In this document: piece by piece, positions 54,020 to 64,000 of the stretch
Numbering within the stretch: position 1 is the stretch's first letter
Layout: each line of letters begins with the position of its first letter
From: Calditrichia bacterium
Lineage (GTDB): Bacteria; Calditrichota; Calditrichia; JAJRVZ01
NCBI GenBank assembly: GCA_963796965.1
Contig: CAWCNS010000004.1
Location: forward strand, 992,001-1,056,000
Direction of reading: 5' to 3'
DNA length: 64,000 bases
Translations under genes and position numbers: made by a program
The notes under the pieces: generated by a model
Told to the model about the DNA's origin: nothing
Database searches by the model: none
The model's input: the letters and a program-made list of their open reading frames with translations, nothing else

Positions 54020-54181
54020 CTAATATATCAGAACTAAATCATTCATGATTTAGCCAAAACCTATCAAATTCCCAATTCCTAATCCCAATGTCAAACCAAT
54101 GCCCAATATCTAAATCTCAATTCATATGTTTATCACGAATCTCGCATCACCTATCCCAAATCACACATCTCATAACCTAAG

Positions 54182-55387
54182 TTATTGGCCATACCTTTCC
54201 ACCACATAATCATCCAACATTTTCTGAAAATCTTCAGCGATTCGGTCGCCCTTGAGAGTCGTTGCGTGTTTGCCATCTATATAAACCGGTGCCTTAGGGG
54301 CTTCTCCTGTGCCGGGCAGCGAGATGCCGATATTTGCATGTTTGGATTCGCCGGGGCCATTGACTACACAGCCCATAACAGCAACCTTCAATTCCTCTAC
54401 ACCCGGATATTGAATGCGCCAAACAGGCATCTGATCACGAATGTATCCGTTAATATCTTCGGCCAGATGTTGAAAAACAGTACTGGTTGTTCTTCCACAA
54501 CCTGGACAGGCTGTCACCTGAGGTGTAAAACTACGTAATTCCAGACTTTGTAAAACCTGTTGTGCCACACGAACCTCTTCTGAACGATCACCACCTGGTT
54601 TGGGAGTCAGCGAAACGCGGATTGTATCGCCGATACCTTCCTGCAATAAAACAGATAAACCGGCAGTACTTGCAATAACACCCTTATTTCCCATTCCGGC
54701 CTCTGTAAGACCCAGATGCAGGGGGTAATTACATTTAGCAGCAAGTAACCGATATACTTGTATTAGATCCTGTACTCCTGAAACTTTTGCGCTTATAATT
54801 ATCTTGTCGTGGGCCAAACCCACTTTCTCTGCTAAATGTGCAGAGCGCAGAGCACTTTCCATCATCGCCCGGATCGTTACTTCTTTTGTTGTTAAGGGGT
54901 TTTCCAGTTTGGAATTTTCATCCATCATATCTGTTAACAATTTTTTATCCAGAGATCCCCAATTAACACCAATCCGCACCGGTTTTTCAAAGCGAATCGC
55001 CTGCTCAACAATAGTCGTAAAATTTTTATCTCTGGTTTTTGTACCTACGTTTCCCGGATTGATTCTGTATTTGGCTAAAGCTTGTGCACATTCGGGATAT
55101 TTTGTTAGCAGTAAATGACCGTTATAGTGAAAATCACCAATAACAGGTACGGTTATATTTCGCTTTTCTAAAGATTCCATAATCGCAGGAAGTGCTTTTG
55201 CTGCCTCGTCATTGTTGACGGTAACACGCACCAGTTCAGATCCTGCCTGAACAAGAGAACTTATCTGATCAACCGTATTTGCAACATTGGCAGTGTCTGT
55301 ATTCGTCATCGATTGAATTACAATCGGATGTTCACTCCCTACAAAAACATCACCGACCTTTACACTAACAGTTTTTCTTCTCACCAT
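54182..55387 (-). CDS. ispG: 4-hydroxy-3-methylbut-2-en-1-yl diphosphate synthase
   Basis: [62 protein letters not shown] 55387 after GAGGA. Confidence 0.97.
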   Translation of the reverse strand: MVRRKTVSVKVGDVFVGSEHPIVIQSMTNTDTANVANTVDQISSLVQAGSELVRVTVNNDEAAKALPAIMESLEKRNITVPVIGDFHYNGHLLLTKYPECAQALAKYRINPGNVGTKTRDKNFTTIVEQAIRFEKPVRIGVNWGSLDKKLLTDMMDENSKLENPLTTKEVTIRAMMESALRSAHLAEKVGLAHDKIIISAKVSGVQDLIQVYRLLAAKCNYPLHLGLTEAGMGNKGVIASTAGLSVLLQEGIGDTIRVSLTPKPGGDRSEEVRVAQQVLQSLELRSFTPQVTACPGCGRTTSTVFQHLAEDINGYIRDQMPVWRIQYPGVEELKVAVMGCVVNGPGESKHANIGISLPGTGEAPKAPVYIDGKHATTLKGDRIAEDFQKMLDDYVVERYGQ

Positions 55388-55410
55388 ATCCTCATTTAAC
55401 CTCATTGTTT

Positions 55411-55524
55411 GGTTCTATTTCAATTCTTTGACATAGAGAACCCCGGGGGCTCACCCTTAATCTGCCCCGTATTACGGGTCAGAGTTAAAAAAAGATAAAA
55501 ATTTACCATAAGGACACCACCCCC
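55411..55524 (-). ncRNA. Candidate structured RNA / 5' leader of ispG (unclassified)
   Basis: Minus-strand nested stems GGGGGU/GCCCCC, GUCCUUA/UAAGGGU, UCUG-CCCGUA/UACGGG-CAGA, then GGUUCU/AGAACC; a GC-rich island in an AT-rich spacer. Confidence 0.4.
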
Positions 55525-55859
55525 ATATAAATATCTATATCATGTAGATATTGCGGGATAAAATTTCAAGATTTCAAAGCACAAAGTACACAAGAAATAT
55601 TTCTTATATAAATCTCTCGTGATCTTAGTGCCTCCTTTGTAAATTCGTGGTAGTCTTTTTAAATCTAATGCGTAAGGTTATCACTAATTGAAGGTAGCCC
55701 TAGTTTTCCGTGGTTAAACAATTTACAAAAATACTAAGTTGTCATGTTATATCAAATCCGTAATTATTGCCACATATTCCCGTTTAATCGTTTATATTAA
55801 ATAAAGTGCCAAAAGCCAAACAATATTTTAAGGGTTTAGTGTATCTTACATTTTTTTTA

Positions 55860-55886
55860 TCAAGATTCAATACTATTCGACGATAA
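55860..55886 (+). promoter_or_regulatory. Putative sigma28-type promoter
   Basis: TCAAGATT-N11-GACGATAA, about 100 bp before ATG 55990. Confidence 0.55.
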
Positions 55887-55989
55887 TTTTATTATGATTC
55901 CGTCTGAATATAATATTAACGGTCATATATATGAATTCTATAGACTTATTAACTGGTTTTATTAGCAATAAAAAAAGCGTGAGGAATAT

Positions 55990-56907
55990 ATGAAGAGCAG
56001 CCTTAAAACTCTGACAACTGTAATGGTCACTCTAATTCTGATCAGTGGCAGCTGGGCCCAGAAGCAGGAAAAATTACGTATTGCTATCCTTGACTTCACC
56101 AACACCGGTGGTTTATCCAAGCAGGAAACAACCACATTGGGCAATCGTTTGAGATCTATGTTGGTGAAAACAAACGCCTTTGTCGTAATTGAGAGGGGCC
56201 AGATGGATGATATTCTTAATGAGCAAGGATTTCAGCAAACCGGATGTACGACGACGGAATGTGCTGTTGAAATGGGACGCATGCTCAATGTACAAAAAAT
56301 GATGAGTGGCACCATCGGTAAACTCGGCGCAACCTATACCATCGATTTATCATTAATCGATGTGGAAACGGCTCAGATAGAAAAGTCATTTTTCCGCGAC
56401 TATAAAGGAGAAATCGACGGTCTGCTAAGTCTGATGCAGGTTATCGCCAATCAAATGGCTGAAATCGTTTATGCCAAAGCGCATCCGGTAGAACAAAAAC
56501 CGATGAAAATTGTCCCATTTAGTGTTGATTCGGATCCTTCAGGTGCTTCGATATTTATTAATGGGAATGAAGTAGGTAAAACCCCATTAAAAACCAAGGC
56601 AAAAGAAGGATTGTCGGTGACGATCCGGCTGGAGAAGGAAAACTATACCCCTTGGGAAAAAACGATAGTAATTAAAGAAGATGAAGAAGTAGAAGCTGAA
56701 TTAGTGTATTCCGATGCATATAAAAAAGCCCTGGCTGCAGCAGATAAAGAAGGGGGAAGCAGTACCTGGTTGTGGATCGGTGGCGGTGCTGTTTTATTAG
56801 GTGGTGCTGCAGCAGTAATATTGTCTGGTAGCGGTGGGGATGATGGTGATGATCCGACTACCATGGATGCTGGATTTCCAACACCACCAACCAGACCATC
56901 TAACTGA
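55990..56907 (+). CDS. Secreted CsgG/HfaB-like domain + PEGA domain protein with C-terminal Gly-rich TM segment
   Basis: Signal peptide; IAILDF..F.VIER..MD.IL.EQ..GC...CAVE.G..L; PEGA VDSDPSGASIFING..GKTP; WLWIGGGAVLLGGAAAVIL. Confidence 0.8.
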   Translation: MKSSLKTLTTVMVTLILISGSWAQKQEKLRIAILDFTNTGGLSKQETTTLGNRLRSMLVKTNAFVVIERGQMDDILNEQGFQQTGCTTTECAVEMGRMLNVQKMMSGTIGKLGATYTIDLSLIDVETAQIEKSFFRDYKGEIDGLLSLMQVIANQMAEIVYAKAHPVEQKPMKIVPFSVDSDPSGASIFINGNEVGKTPLKTKAKEGLSVTIRLEKENYTPWEKTIVIKEDEEVEAELVYSDAYKKALAAADKEGGSSTWLWIGGGAVLLGGAAAVILSGSGGDDGDDPTTMDAGFPTPPTRPSN

Positions 56908-56945
56908 TTCGGAAATCTGTTTAAAAAAAATGACATGAGGATATA

Positions 56946-59900
56946 ATGAAGCAGACGATTAAAAGATCTAATCCAAGGAAATCAAAGCAGATTCTACTAT
57001 TTGTCTTTGTTATGATAAGTATGTTGAGTTTGCCTGTATCAGCGCAGGATATTTGGGAACCTGCCCATGGACCCTATGGTGGAAGTGTATATGCAATAAC
57101 TTCTTCACCTAACGGTACGATTTATTCCGGAACTTTATATGGTGGCGTATTTAAATCCACAAATAATGGCAACTCCTGGCAGCCAACCGGATGGACAAGT
57201 GGTGTCTTTTCGCTACTTGCCGTGTCAGATACCATGATATTTGTGGGGAGTCATTCATCCTCTTTCTATCGCAGTACAGATGCGGGTGTGACCTGGCAGC
57301 TAAAAAATAGCGGTCTGCCTACTTCTTCGGTTGAAAGTATGGTCTATAATAGTACCGATGGTTTTATCTTCGCTGCCACATCCCAGGGTATTTACCGAAG
57401 CGGTGATAATGGAGAGAACTGGGTAGCGGTTAATACGAATTTAACTGATCTGGATGTAAATGTCTTGTTGATCACGAGTGCCAATGTGCTCTTTGCGGGG
57501 ACGCAAACCAGCGGGATATTCCGTTCTACCAGTGCCGGAGAGTCCTGGACACAACTCGCGGGTGGTCTTCCTACGACCTCTGTTCAGGGTTTGGCCATAT
57601 ATAATAATAAATTATATGCAGGTTTGGGTTCGAATTATGGTGTCTATACCTCTAGTGATGGTGGCGATAACTGGAGCAATATTGGCATGACCGGGGAATC
57701 TATTACCTGCTCTTGCAGCTAATGCAAATGGTGATTTATTTGCCGGTACCTGGCAAACAGGGATTTATTATTCTTCAGATGGTGGGAGCACATGGAATTC
57801 ACAGAATATGGGATTTTCACCCCTTAATATTAAAACAATATATGTCGATCCCTCAAATGATGATGTTTATGCCGGTTGTATCTGGTATTATGGAGCGGGT
57901 ATCTATTATACAAGGAATGATGGGACAAGCTGGGAGCCCCGAAATGAAGGTTTAAATGGAACCAGAATATGGAGAATGGCGGTCAGTCCGGCTAATAATT
58001 GGATATTTGCAGGTACTTATTATAGTGGTGCTCTTACCGTTCTCCGGATGGGAATGGATGGGAACAAATCGGTAACGGTATGTCTGAATTACAGAGCTCA
58101 TTTATTCGAGCCTTAGCCATACATCCATCAGGAGCTGTTTTTTCCGGTTCAGGTGGCGGAGGCGTTCATCGATCCATGAATGATGGGATGGATTGGATGC
58201 AGGTATATCCTGAAACGGGAGGATACAGTTTTGTGGGGGCCATGGCTATCCGTGAAGATGGTAAGATTTTTATGGGAGAGAGTGATGGTGATGGTGGTAT
58301 TTTTATTTCTGAAGGCGAGGGAGAGATACTGGCAGGATATAACCAATGGATTAGAGGGAAAGGCCATATATAGTATTGCATTTAACCATCTTCAGCATAT
58401 TTATGTCGGGACCAGCGGTAGTGGAATATTCAGATCGACGAATGACGGGGATACCTGGTCTCCTGTTGGAACAGCCTTAAGTACCTATGATGTTGTTGAT
58501 ATAGCCGTGAATGGTGCGAATCATGTTTATGTAACGACAAATGGGCACGGGGTTTTCAAGAGTGTGGATAATTCAACCTGGACACAAGTGGGAACAACGG
58601 CTTTAAGCGACTACAGCAGGCCGATTGCAATAAATGGTAAAGATCATATATTTGTTGGTTCGGGTGATGTAATGGTTTCCAAAGATGGCGGAAATACCTG
58701 GTTACATTACGACAGAGGTTTAAACTCCAATGAAATTAACGATCTGGCTTTCGATATGGAAGAGCGTCTTTATGCCGGAACGTATGATGGTGCATTCAAG
58801 ACATTTGAGCCTACCACGGCAACAAAGGTCCATTTTTCCGTAAAAATGAAACATAATGATGGCTTTGATCCTGCTAATGATCAGGTTGTGGCGCGCGGGA
58901 AATTTCAATAATTGGGGTGAATTTGATATGCCATTGATTGCCCAGGAAGATGCCGACTGGACCTATGAGGGTACGGCAATGATAATTAATCCTGATGAGG
59001 CCATTCGTGAGGGTAAATTTGAATTTAAATATGCGATTCCCAGGGGAGGATCCGAAACAGCGGATGATGAATGGGAAAATTTTCCCTATAACCGGTCTGT
59101 TGAATGGGATGGCAATGATGATCTGCAACTTGAAGATGTCTGGTTTAGCAATGAGAGAGATTTTACGCGCATGCAGACTAATGTATTGATGGCTGATACA
59201 ACGATTCCTTTGGTGTGGCCTGGGGTGATTTTAATGGTGATGGTGTAGACGATATTATTGTCACCAGGAGGGGCAGGGAGCTCCGATTCCAATGAGCTGT
59301 TTGAGGGAAAGGTGGATGGCAATTTTGTGAGGATCACCACCGGACCGGTTGTTACAGACAATGGTGAATTCCAGGGCAGCCTGCTGGGGGGATTATGATA
59401 ATGATGGCCATCTTGATCTGTTTGTTGCCAATCTCTCCGGGAGAATCAAATAAACTCTACCGCAATAATGGTGATGGTACATTTGATGGGATGGATATCG
59501 GGCTCTCAGAAGATCTAAATTCTGTCGGGGCAGTATGGGTTGATATCAACAATGACAGTTATCTGGATTTGTTTGTATCTAATTATGGTGGTCAGAATAA
59601 TATTCTCTATATGAACAATGAAGGGAGTTCATTTACAAAAGTGACAGATGGTGTGGTTGTAAATGATGGTGGTGATTCACAGAGGATGTGCCGCCGCTGA
59701 CTTTAATAATGATGGATATATGGATCTTTATGTGGCCAATTCTGGTGGGAGAACCGGGCGAATTTGATTTTCTTTATATGAATAATGGTGACAGCTCCTT
59801 TACAAAAATCACTGCCGGTCCGATTGTGAAAGAAAAAGGTATGTCATTGGGTGGAAGTTGGGGCGATTATAATAATGATGGTTGGCTGGATCTCTATGTT

Positions 59901-62773
59901 ACCTATCGGGATGGTAAACCAAATAGATTGTTTAAAAATTTGAATGGAACCGGATTTATAACGGTTAGCTGAATCTGAATTTCCAGCCGATAGTTCGGAT
60001 TCAGAGCGGCAGTGCCTGGGTAGATTTTGATAATGACGGCTGGTTGGATTTGTATGTAGCTAATGCTGGTCTGATCAAGGAATTAATTTCCTTTATCGAA
60101 TACGAGATTCAAGTGGGTTTTCAAGGGATTGAAACCGGGCCGATGATAGAAGGATGGGAAAGAGATGCCCGTGGTGCCGCCTGGAGTGACTATAATAATG
60201 ATGGCGCACCTGATTTATTTGTCGCCACCGATGATGGTTTAAATGGTCTTATACCGGAATAATCTTATCGGGCAACAATTGGTTTAAAGTTAGGTTAACA
60301 GGTACGATTTCTAATACGGCTGCTATTGGTGCAACCGTTGTCCTGAAAACATCCATGACGAATAATGAGGGGAATAGGTTGTTTTAAGGAGAACGGTCGA
60401 GGGACAATCGGGATTTATCGGCCAAAACAGCCAGACCTTAATGTTTGGATTAGGGGTGACAACTATTGATTCGGTGATCATCTACTGGCCCAGCGGTATT
60501 GTCAATAAACATGATACCAAACCGGTCAACCAGACCATGGATTTTGTTGAATATGAGCCTTCCATCGCACCGCCAAAAGTGATTCTCAATTCACCACTGG
60601 ACTCGGCAACTGATGTTCCGGTACCTGTCATGGTAGCCTGGAATGCGACAACTGGGGCATCTTTCTACCAGTTACAAGTTGCAAACGATGCCGACTTTCG
60701 CAGGATATAATTTTTGATCAAAATACTTTAACGGGTACAACACAGGCAGTCACTGAAGTGGCGAGTGGAAAAACCTATTATTGGCGTGTGCGGGCAGGGG
60801 CCGGCGTTTGGGGAGAATGGTCGGATACCTGGAAATTTACGACCGGCGGGTCAAGTATACAAGAACCACCTCCGGCACCAGGTCTGAGATTCGCCGGCTA
60901 ATAATGCAACCAATGTAAAGATTCCACCGACCTTATCCTGGAATGCCGTAGCGGTGCCCAGAAATACTGGTTCCAGGTGGCAGAATCGAGTGATTTTACT
61001 ACGGGAATGATGGCCCAGGATAGTAATACCAATTCTACCAGCTATACGACCGGAGGAGGTAATTACAGTACACTTTATTATTGGCGCGTAAAAGCAAAGA
61101 ATGAGTTTGGTTGGGGAGATTGGTCAAGGTCTGGAGTTTTACAACGGAAGCACTTACCGGTTTACCCGATGCACCGACCTTAGTAGGACCAGTAGATAAT
61201 CAGACAGGGGTTCCAATTCCGGCACCACTTGTCTGGAACTCTGCCGTTGCAGGTAATTATGACGTTCAAATTGCTACCGATGCGTCTTTTAGTAATATTG
61301 TCTTTACGCGAGGCGATAATCCGGAGCGCTATCTTTTTGCCAACGAGGGACTTAATCACAATCAGCAATACTACTGGCATGTTAGGGTACAGGTTCAGGG
61401 AATTAATAGTGATTGGTCACAATCATGGAAATTTACAACTTACGACAACAAAGTAGTACTTAATAATCAGACGGTCAATTTTCCCTTCCCATGAGCGGAA
61501 GGATGAATTTAGTCCATCAGATTACAGAATGCTGGGTCTCCCCGGAAATGCCGATGTTGCCTTTACGGATGTCCTCGGTGATGGGGCAAATGAAAACTGG
61601 ATGGCCTATTGGGATAATGGAAAAACTGGCAATCCCAGTGAGTACTTGGTTGCCTATGATGGCTCGGGGATATTCAGATTTGTAACCGGTAAGGGTTTTT
61701 GGGTCATCCATAATGGTAGTATCAATATCACTCAATCCATACCCAATGCACCTCTGAATGAATTGGCTCAGGCAGAGATCTACGTTCAACAAGGATGGAA
61801 TATTATTACCTGCCCGTTTCTTCATTCCATCAAATGGTCAGCTATTAAATTTGTAAATGATATAACAATTGTTAATCCAATATTTCGTTACAATTATGCG
61901 TCTCGCAATTTTGAATCTTATGACAATCTGGAGCCAGTAGAAGGATTTTACTTTTACAATGGTGATCCAGCTCGAACCAAGCTGCTCATTCCTTATGTTG
62001 ATGGTTCTGGAAAAGTATCAACTCAAAGTGAACTTTCGTGGGAAGTCTCCCTGGAACTGTCCTCCGGCGAATCCATAGATGCTTCAGCAAAGGTTGGAGT
62101 TGCTGCAGATGCAGAAATGGGATTTGATCGATATGAGTACCGTAAACCAAGAGGTATTGCTGATCTGGCCAATATCTATTTTAACCGTCCCGAATGGGAT
62201 GATAATTATAGTGTCTTCGCCAATGATGTTCGCCCGGAGATTGACGAGATGGAGACCTGGGATTTCAAGGTCTATGCACCGGAAAATGAAAAATCAAAAT
62301 TTAGTCTCATTGGTCTGGAATCTATCCCGGAAGAATATGAGGTTTACTTGATTGATAAAACCCATCAGCGTTATCAAAATCTAAGAGAAAATGATGTCTA
62401 TGATTTTAACTCTACGCCACAAATCTCTGATTTTGAACTGGTGGTCGGACTATCTGATGCTGTTGAAGAAAAAATTGAATCAATTCTACCGGCAGAGTTT
62501 GCTTTAGGGCAGAATTATCCGAATCCATTTAATCCAACAACGACAATACCTCTGACTTTACCCGAACAGAGTGATATCACCTTAAAGGTGTATAACCTGC
62601 TCGGGCAGGAAGTTGTGACGATTTTTAAAGGAAATCTTGAGGCTGGAAAACATTATCTACTTTGGAATGGTACCAACCAGGCCAACCATAAAATGCCTTC
62701 CGGGGTCTATATGTACCAGATGCTTACGACGAAGGGGTTGAGGTTGACGGGGAAGATGGTGTTGATAAAATAA
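56946..62773 (+). CDS. Giant multidomain secreted protein (about 1,940 aa): BNR/Asp-box propellers, CBM20-like, FG-GAP/ASPIC-UnbV, FN3-like, FlgD/T9SS-type tail; many frameshifts
   Basis: S.D.G.TW repeats; VHFSV..RGNFNNWG..FKY..EWE; W.D.NNDG.LDL.V.N repeats; AAIGATV..GQNS..FGLG; YYWRV.A..WS; EFALGQNYPNPFNPTT..SGVYMY. Fragments are collinear across frames. Confidence 0.78.
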
Positions 62774-62796
62774 GTCTGTGCTTTTTGTAGAGATGA

Positions 62797-62958
62797 TTTC
62801 TCACGCAGAGACGCAAAGACGCAAAGTCTAATTAAATGGATTAGTAGGGGGTATAATACCTATCAATATCTACTAATTTTCCAAATATATTATTTTTACT
62901 TTTACTTTTTATATTTTAAAATATTTTTCTCTGCGTCTTTGCGTCTCTGCGTGAGAAA
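62797..62958. repeat. MITE-like element with perfect 27-bp terminal inverted repeats
   Basis: TTTCTCACGCAGAGACGCAAAGACGCA (62797-62823) / TGCGTCTTTGCGTCTCTGCGTGAGAAA (62932-62958), AT-rich core, between convergent genes. Confidence 0.85.
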
Positions 62959-62977
62959 AAATCATGACGTTAAGCAA

Positions 62978-64000
62978 CTATTTTTGTTGTTGGGCTGCGA
63001 TCAGATTCAGCGCCGAGCCGGCCTTAAACCACTCGATCTGTGCTTTATTAAACGTATGATTTAATTCACAGGTATCTTCTGTTCCATCTGCATGTTTAAT
63101 GGATAAATTTAATGGTACACCCGGAGCAAATTCATTTAATCCGCTAATTGACAATCTGATCACCTTCCCGGATCAGGTCATAATCGGAAGGATTTTTAAA
63201 AGTCAGAGCCAACATCCCCTGTTTCTTTAGATTGGTTTCATGGATGCGGGCAAAACTCTTGGCGATAATTGCTTTGCCACCCAGAAATCTTGGTTCCATT
63301 GCCGCATGTTCACGGCTTGAACCTTCGCCATAATTCTCATCACCAATGACCACCCAGCCAATATTGGATTTTTTATAGTCCCGCGCATTAGCTGACAATT
63401 TGTTGACTTCACCGTTTATTTCATTCCTCCCAGTGCCCGGTTCATGTCCAAATGCTGAAACAACGCCAATAAATAGATTGTCGGAAATATTGTCGATATG
63501 TCCCCGAAATCGTAACCAGGGACCGGCTGGAGAGATATGATCGGTTGTACACTTCCCATCTGCTTTTGCCAGAACAACCATATCGGAATACTCATGTCCG
63601 TCCGAGGCGGAAAATGGTTCCAGGAATTGCAGACGCTTGCTTTCCGGATCTATTTTTACTTCAATGGATGATCCATCCTTGGCAGGGGACACATAGCCAC
63701 TCTCACCGGGATCGAAACCATTTTTCGGTAATTCATCACCCGAAGGGGCTTCTAACTTCACCGGCTGACCATTTTCATTTTCAATTGCGTCTGTCAAGGG
63801 ATTAAAAGAAAGTCGACCCGCTATTGCAAGTGCCGTAGTAATTTCAGGACTTGCTACAAACGAATGTGTTAAGGGATTACCATCGTTTCGTTTGGCAAAA
63901 TTTCGATTATAGGATGTAACGATCGTATTTTTTTCTCCAGGCTCTACGCCATGACGCTTCCATTGGCCAATACAGGGCCCGCAGGCATTGGCTAATACCA
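62978..64000 (-). CDS. acnA: Aconitate hydratase (mitochondrial-type), 3' part, frameshifted; 5' end outside window
   Basis: [75 protein letters not shown]. Confidence 0.93.

Noticed and set aside
55411..55524. Assignment to TPP, SAM-I, fluoride, c-di-GMP or c-di-AMP riboswitches, SRP RNA or 6S RNA
   Set aside because: Signature motifs (e.g. CUGAGA, GGAAGGAAG, GCAAA/GAAA, a two-sided central bubble) are not present, so it is left unclassified.
55795..55811. Sigma54-like TTGGCAC on the minus strand upstream of ispG
   Set aside because: The -12 element reads TTAAT rather than TTGC, and the site is far from the gene.

Overview
This is an AT-rich bacterial chromosomal window, mostly housekeeping. 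A short-form PurL, a Na+-NQR operon and a secreted protein ending in a 'QNYPNPFNP' FlgD/T9SS-like tail suggest an FCB-group organism such as Calditrichota (inference). Recognisable genes include pcm, era, thpR, purL, rlmD, uvrC, mce, guaB, hutH, dinG, cinA-pgpA-pgsA, nqrABCDEF-apbE with an inverted nqrM-like gene, nrnA, ispG and acnA (partial), plus OPT and POT peptide transporters. Many genes, including essential ones, are broken by clustered indels that look like long-read errors rather than pseudogenes. I saw no rRNA, tRNA, CRISPR array, transposase or prophage. The most interesting unexplained content: (1) a three-gene pseudo-receiver/DUF4388/MglA-CvnD-like GTPase module with no Roadblock partner; (2) four sigma28-type promoter motifs that link this module, a TPR-HTH gene, a REC-GGDEF-EAL phosphodiesterase and a CsgG-PEGA/giant surface protein locus; (3) a cluster of three uncharacterised envelope proteins behind a sigma54-type promoter with tandem palindromic activator sites; (4) an orphan DNA methyltransferase fused to a degenerate SNase domain; (5) a structured leader upstream of ispG; (6) several families of intergenic inverted and heptamer repeats. 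All calls are by eye from motifs, with no database searches.
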